Shown piece by piece: positions 8,765-12,503 of a stretch of DNA of 12,503 nt (within the stretch, counting starts at the first letter, position 1; each line of letters starts with the position of its first letter). Under the pieces are notes generated by a model that saw only the letters and a list, made by a program, of their open reading frames with translations, was not told the origin of the DNA and ran no database searches. A program made the translations under genes and the position numbers. This stretch comes from Abditibacteriaceae bacterium (GTDB lineage: Bacteria; Armatimonadota; Abditibacteriia; Abditibacteriales; Abditibacteriaceae): NCBI GenBank assembly GCA_031425655.1, contig JANPJS010000273.1, positions 1-12,503 of the forward strand, given 5' to 3'.

Positions 8765-8836
8765 TGCCCTCGCAGGGAATCGAACCCCGATCTTACCCTT
8801 AGGAGAGGTCTGCACTATCCATTGTGCTACGAAGGC
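8765..8836 (-). tRNA. tRNA-Arg(CCT)
   Basis: Cloverleaf GCCTTCG/CGAGGGC-A, D-arm GCAC-AATGGATA-GTGC, anticodon loop CT-CCT-AA, T-loop TTCGATT. No encoded CCA. Confidence 0.92.
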
Positions 8837-8844
8837 GCTAAACA

Positions 8845-8915
8845 GTTTTAAGTTTTGAATTATGAGTTTTGAGTTTAAGCAGATAACTCAAAACTCATAA
8901 TTCAAAACTTAAAAC
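8845..8915. repeat. Perfect 31-bp inverted repeat built of heptamers in a tRNA spacer
   Basis: GTTTTAAGTTTTGAATTATGAGTTTTGAGTT (8845-8875) and its exact reverse complement (8885-8915), with a 9-nt loop. Confidence 0.9.
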
Positions 8916-8924
8916 CGCCGTTTC

Positions 8925-8997
8925 TACGCCCGGCACGATTCGAACGTGCGATCTTCGGCTTCGGAGGCCGACGCCTTATCCACTGGGCCACGGGCGC
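8925..8997 (-). tRNA. tRNA-Arg(CCG)
   Basis: Anticodon arm TCGGC-CTCCGAA-GCCGA, T-arm GCACG-TTCGAAT-CGTGC, acceptor GCGCCCG/CGGGCGT-A. No CCA. Confidence 0.95.
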
Positions 8998-9012
8998 TAA
9001 TACAGCAAATAC

Positions 9013-9083
9013 AAAGGATGAAGGCGGAAGGATGAAAGATGAATTTAATTTTTCATCCTTCCGCCTTCCGCCTTCATCCTTTT
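9013..9083. repeat. Inverted heptamer array (AAGGATG/AAGGCGG) in a tRNA spacer
   Basis: AAAGGATGAAGGCGGAAGG...CCTTCCGCCTTCATCCTTT, with additional imperfect inner units. Confidence 0.85.
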
Positions 9084-9086
9084 AAA

Positions 9087-9162
<76 letters not shown>

Positions 9163-9183
9163 ACCATTTGCGACGCCCCAAAA

Positions 9184-9212
9184 ATCTTACTCAAATCCGC
9201 GTCACTTTGCAA
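9184..9212 (-). promoter_or_regulatory. Sigma70-type promoter of the tRNA-Arg operon
   Basis: Minus strand TTGCAA-N17-TAAGAT, ending 23 nt upstream of tRNA-Arg(ACG). Confidence 0.65.
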
Positions 9213-9277
9213 TGCCAAACATCACAAAATCGGCGTATTTCCATAAGAATTCTGATTTTCTTTGACGTTTCCGTCTC

Positions 9278-9320
9278 TTAAAAGCAATAAGCTCTGAAGC
9301 GATTGCTTCAGAGCTTATTG
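9278..9320 (-). terminator. Intrinsic terminator of the 16S transcript
   Basis: Perfect 16-bp stem CAATAAGCTCTGAAGC/GCTTCAGAGCTTATTG (9285-9320) with a 4-nt loop, followed by CTTTTAA on the minus strand. Confidence 0.75.
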
Positions 9321-9514
9321 GAGCCTATAAAAGCGGCTCGCTCGCTGAAAACTGAATAGTGGTTTATAGAGGCCGAAGCCTCTTGGGAAGCAGATTAAAC
9401 TTCCAGCAATAGCATGTCCGATAGGTGAACGGACTTTGCCCTAATGATGCGAGAGCGGTGTTATGTCTCTTTGGATGCTCCTGCGTAAGCAGAGAGTTGA
9501 GAGATTATAACTCC

Positions 9515-11029
<1,515 letters not shown>

Positions 11030-11205
11030 AAAATGTATCAACATAAAATGTTGATAATTCTAAAGAGATTTCCCAACTCCTCTCACTCAAAAGAATATCC
11101 TAAAATATTCGTCCGACTTACTCTTAAACGCTTCCCAGTTGTCAATGTGCTTGGCTCGTCCGACGTTCGTTTGCTTGGGCAAAACCTCGTCAGCGGCAAA
11201 GAGAA

Positions 11206-11257
11206 ATTCTACAGCGTTTGGTGCCTCGCGTCAAGTCTTTTTTCAAAAAACTTTTTT
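11206..11257 (-). promoter_or_regulatory. Proximal rRNA promoter with UP-element-like A/T tracts
   Basis: Minus strand AAAAAAGTTTTTTGAAAAAAGAC-TTGACG(11234-11229)-N17-TAGAAT(11211-11206). A boxA-like GCACATTGACAA follows at about 11150-11139. Confidence 0.75.
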
Positions 11258-11368
11258 CTCGGCTCTGTTTAATTCCATCCGTTTTTATCGGCTGGTATTA
11301 AACGCACTCGCTGCTTCAAGGTTCCCTCGCTCAATCAGAAATTTTCATCACTGCTTGGCGCCCGACAA

Positions 11369-11397
11369 ATATTATCTTTTTCCTTTATCGGGCGCAA
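11369..11397 (-). promoter_or_regulatory. Possible distal rRNA promoter
   Basis: Minus strand TTGCGC-N17-TAATAT with an AT-rich upstream stretch. It overlaps the inverted repeat GCGCCCGA/TCGGGCGC. Confidence 0.4.
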
Positions 11398-11436
11398 GGG
11401 GTTTTGAAAAATAAAGTACGATTATTTCGATCGCAC

Positions 11437-11961
11437 TTAATCGACGTAGGTTTTGTTCGCCACGCCCGCTTCGCTGCGTTCGGCCAAAGCTCGCGCCGCA
11501 GCTTCCATGTCGGTTAGGGCTTTGCGCATGTGTTTTTCGGTTTGCGCCTTCCACATATCGCTGGGAAGAATGAGCCACGATTCCAAACTGCTCATCGCCG
11601 ATTCCAATGCGTAACCCGCATCAATGAAGCGGTCGTCGGCCTTTTTGTAAAAGCGCGGGACAGGCGAAATCGAACGCATTCGTTTGGCATTCGCTCGCAC
11701 AATCGGCATCGACTTCAAAAGCGCCGCACGCGCCGCATCGCGCCTGCGGTTTCGTTCGGCCACTTCGCTTTCACTTTCTTTGCGGCGCGGCGTTGCATTC
11801 GCAACCTCCATCACTTCCCACGAGACGAAGAATTGTCCTAACGCAAAATTCGTGTCGCGCGCGATAATTTGCGTGCGCTTGACGTAATTCGCTTTCATAT
11901 TCTGAGCGTGAGCAACGCGACACGTCAGCAAAATTGCGATGATTGCAGAAAGGTGTTTCAT
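11437..11961 (-). CDS. Hypothetical secreted, basic, helical protein (174 aa)
   Basis: AAGGA RBS just upstream of the ATG; Sec signal peptide MKHLSAIIAILLTCRVAHA|Q. No family recognised. Confidence 0.7.
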   Translation of the reverse strand: MKHLSAIIAILLTCRVAHAQNMKANYVKRTQIIARDTNFALGQFFVSWEVMEVANATPRRKESESEVAERNRRRDAARAALLKSMPIVRANAKRMRSISPVPRFYKKADDRFIDAGYALESAMSSLESWLILPSDMWKAQTEKHMRKALTDMEAAARALAERSEAGVANKTYVD

Positions 11962-11973
11962 ATTTCCTTTAGC

Positions 11974-11997
11974 AGTACGGTCGATTTCGACCGTACT
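11974..11997. repeat. Short perfect palindrome (REP-like or terminator-like hairpin)
   Basis: AGTACGGTCGA-TT-TCGACCGTACT immediately after the tadA2 stop. Confidence 0.7.
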
Positions 11998-12459
11998 CTA
12001 ACGGCGCTTTGCAGCAAAGAATGTGCGCAATATTTCGGCGCATTCGTCGGCCAAAACTCCGCCGCGAAGTTGCGGGCGATAGTTCAAACGCGGGTCGCGC
12101 AAGGTATCAAAAAGCGAACCGCACGCGCCCGTTTTTTCATCGCGCGCGCCGTAAACAACGCGCGCCACGCGCGCCAGCCATATTGCTCCGGCACACATCG
12201 GACACGGTTCGAGTGAAACATAAAGCGTGACATCATCAAGGCGCCAACGGCCTAAATGTTGTGAGGCGTCTTGCAAAGCCAGAACTTCGGCGTGAGCTGT
12301 CGAATCGAAATCGGCTTCGCGGCGATTGTGGCCGCGCCCGATGATTTCATCGTTAAAAACGCAAACCGCACCAACCGGAACATCGCTTGGATTGGGAGTT
12401 TCACGGAGACATTTGCGCGCTTCTTCGAGCGCTTTGCGCATCCAATGTTCGTCCGTCAT
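11998..12459 (-). CDS. tadA: tRNA adenosine(34) deaminase, paralog 2
   Basis: DEHWMRKAL, VPVGA, GHNRRE, TAHAE, WRL..TLYVSLEPCPMCAGA, YGARDEKTGACGS, and C-terminal FFAAKRR. Confidence 0.92.
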   Translation of the reverse strand: MTDEHWMRKALEEARKCLRETPNPSDVPVGAVCVFNDEIIGRGHNRREADFDSTAHAEVLALQDASQHLGRWRLDDVTLYVSLEPCPMCAGAIWLARVARVVYGARDEKTGACGSLFDTLRDPRLNYRPQLRGGVLADECAEILRTFFAAKRR

Positions 12460-12473
12460 GGGAAGAAAAAAAG

Positions 12474-12503
12474 TGCCCTCGCAGGGAATCGAACCCCGAT
12501 CTT
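12474..12503 (-). tRNA. 3' end of a second tRNA-Arg(CCT)-like copy (truncated by the window edge)
   Basis: 30/30 nt identical to 8765-8794 (acceptor 3' strand, T-arm, variable loop). The anticodon lies outside the window, so identity and completeness are inferred. Confidence 0.7.

Noticed and set aside
8793..8812. Weak anticodon stem of tRNA-Arg(CCT) (G-A mismatch and U-G pair), suggesting a pseudogene
   Set aside because: The other arms are intact, and minor-codon tRNAs often tolerate such pairs.
8578..9083. Repeat clusters as a CRISPR array
   Set aside because: They are tandem 7-mers without unique spacers, and no cas genes are present.
11998..12503. Second tadA/tRNA as a simple assembly duplicate
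   Set aside because: The proteins differ at about a third of residues and the intergenic gaps differ; only the tRNA part is identical.
12474..12503. Prophage or ICE attachment site
   Set aside because: No integrase or phage genes are in the window and the downstream tRNA copy is complete; kept only as a speculative finding.

Overview
GC-rich bacterial chromosomal window with every credible gene on the minus strand. In transcription order (right to left) it holds: the 3' end of a tRNA-Arg(CCT) copy cut by the window edge; tadA paralog 2; a small secreted hypothetical protein; a solitary 16S rRNA gene with its own sigma70-type promoters and terminator and no 23S/5S after it; a three-gene tRNA-Arg operon (ACG, CCG, CCT); tadA paralog 1; a secreted alpha/beta-hydrolase; a large secreted Sel1-repeat protein; a PhyH-family dioxygenase; a double-domain ABC-2-type permease; an AI-2E transporter; and a ~230 bp nested palindromic MITE/REPIN-like element. 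The main points of interest are (i) a duplicated 'tRNA-Arg(CCT)-tadA' module with two diverged (~65% identical by hand count), apparently intact tRNA deaminases bracketing the unlinked 16S gene, (ii) two compensated helix-28 base pairs in the 16S that match archaeal-type signatures as I recall them, and (iii) heptamer repeats that form spacer hairpins and also sit in frame inside tadA1. The host may be Abditibacteriota/Armatimonadota-like; this is a low-confidence impression, not a search result.
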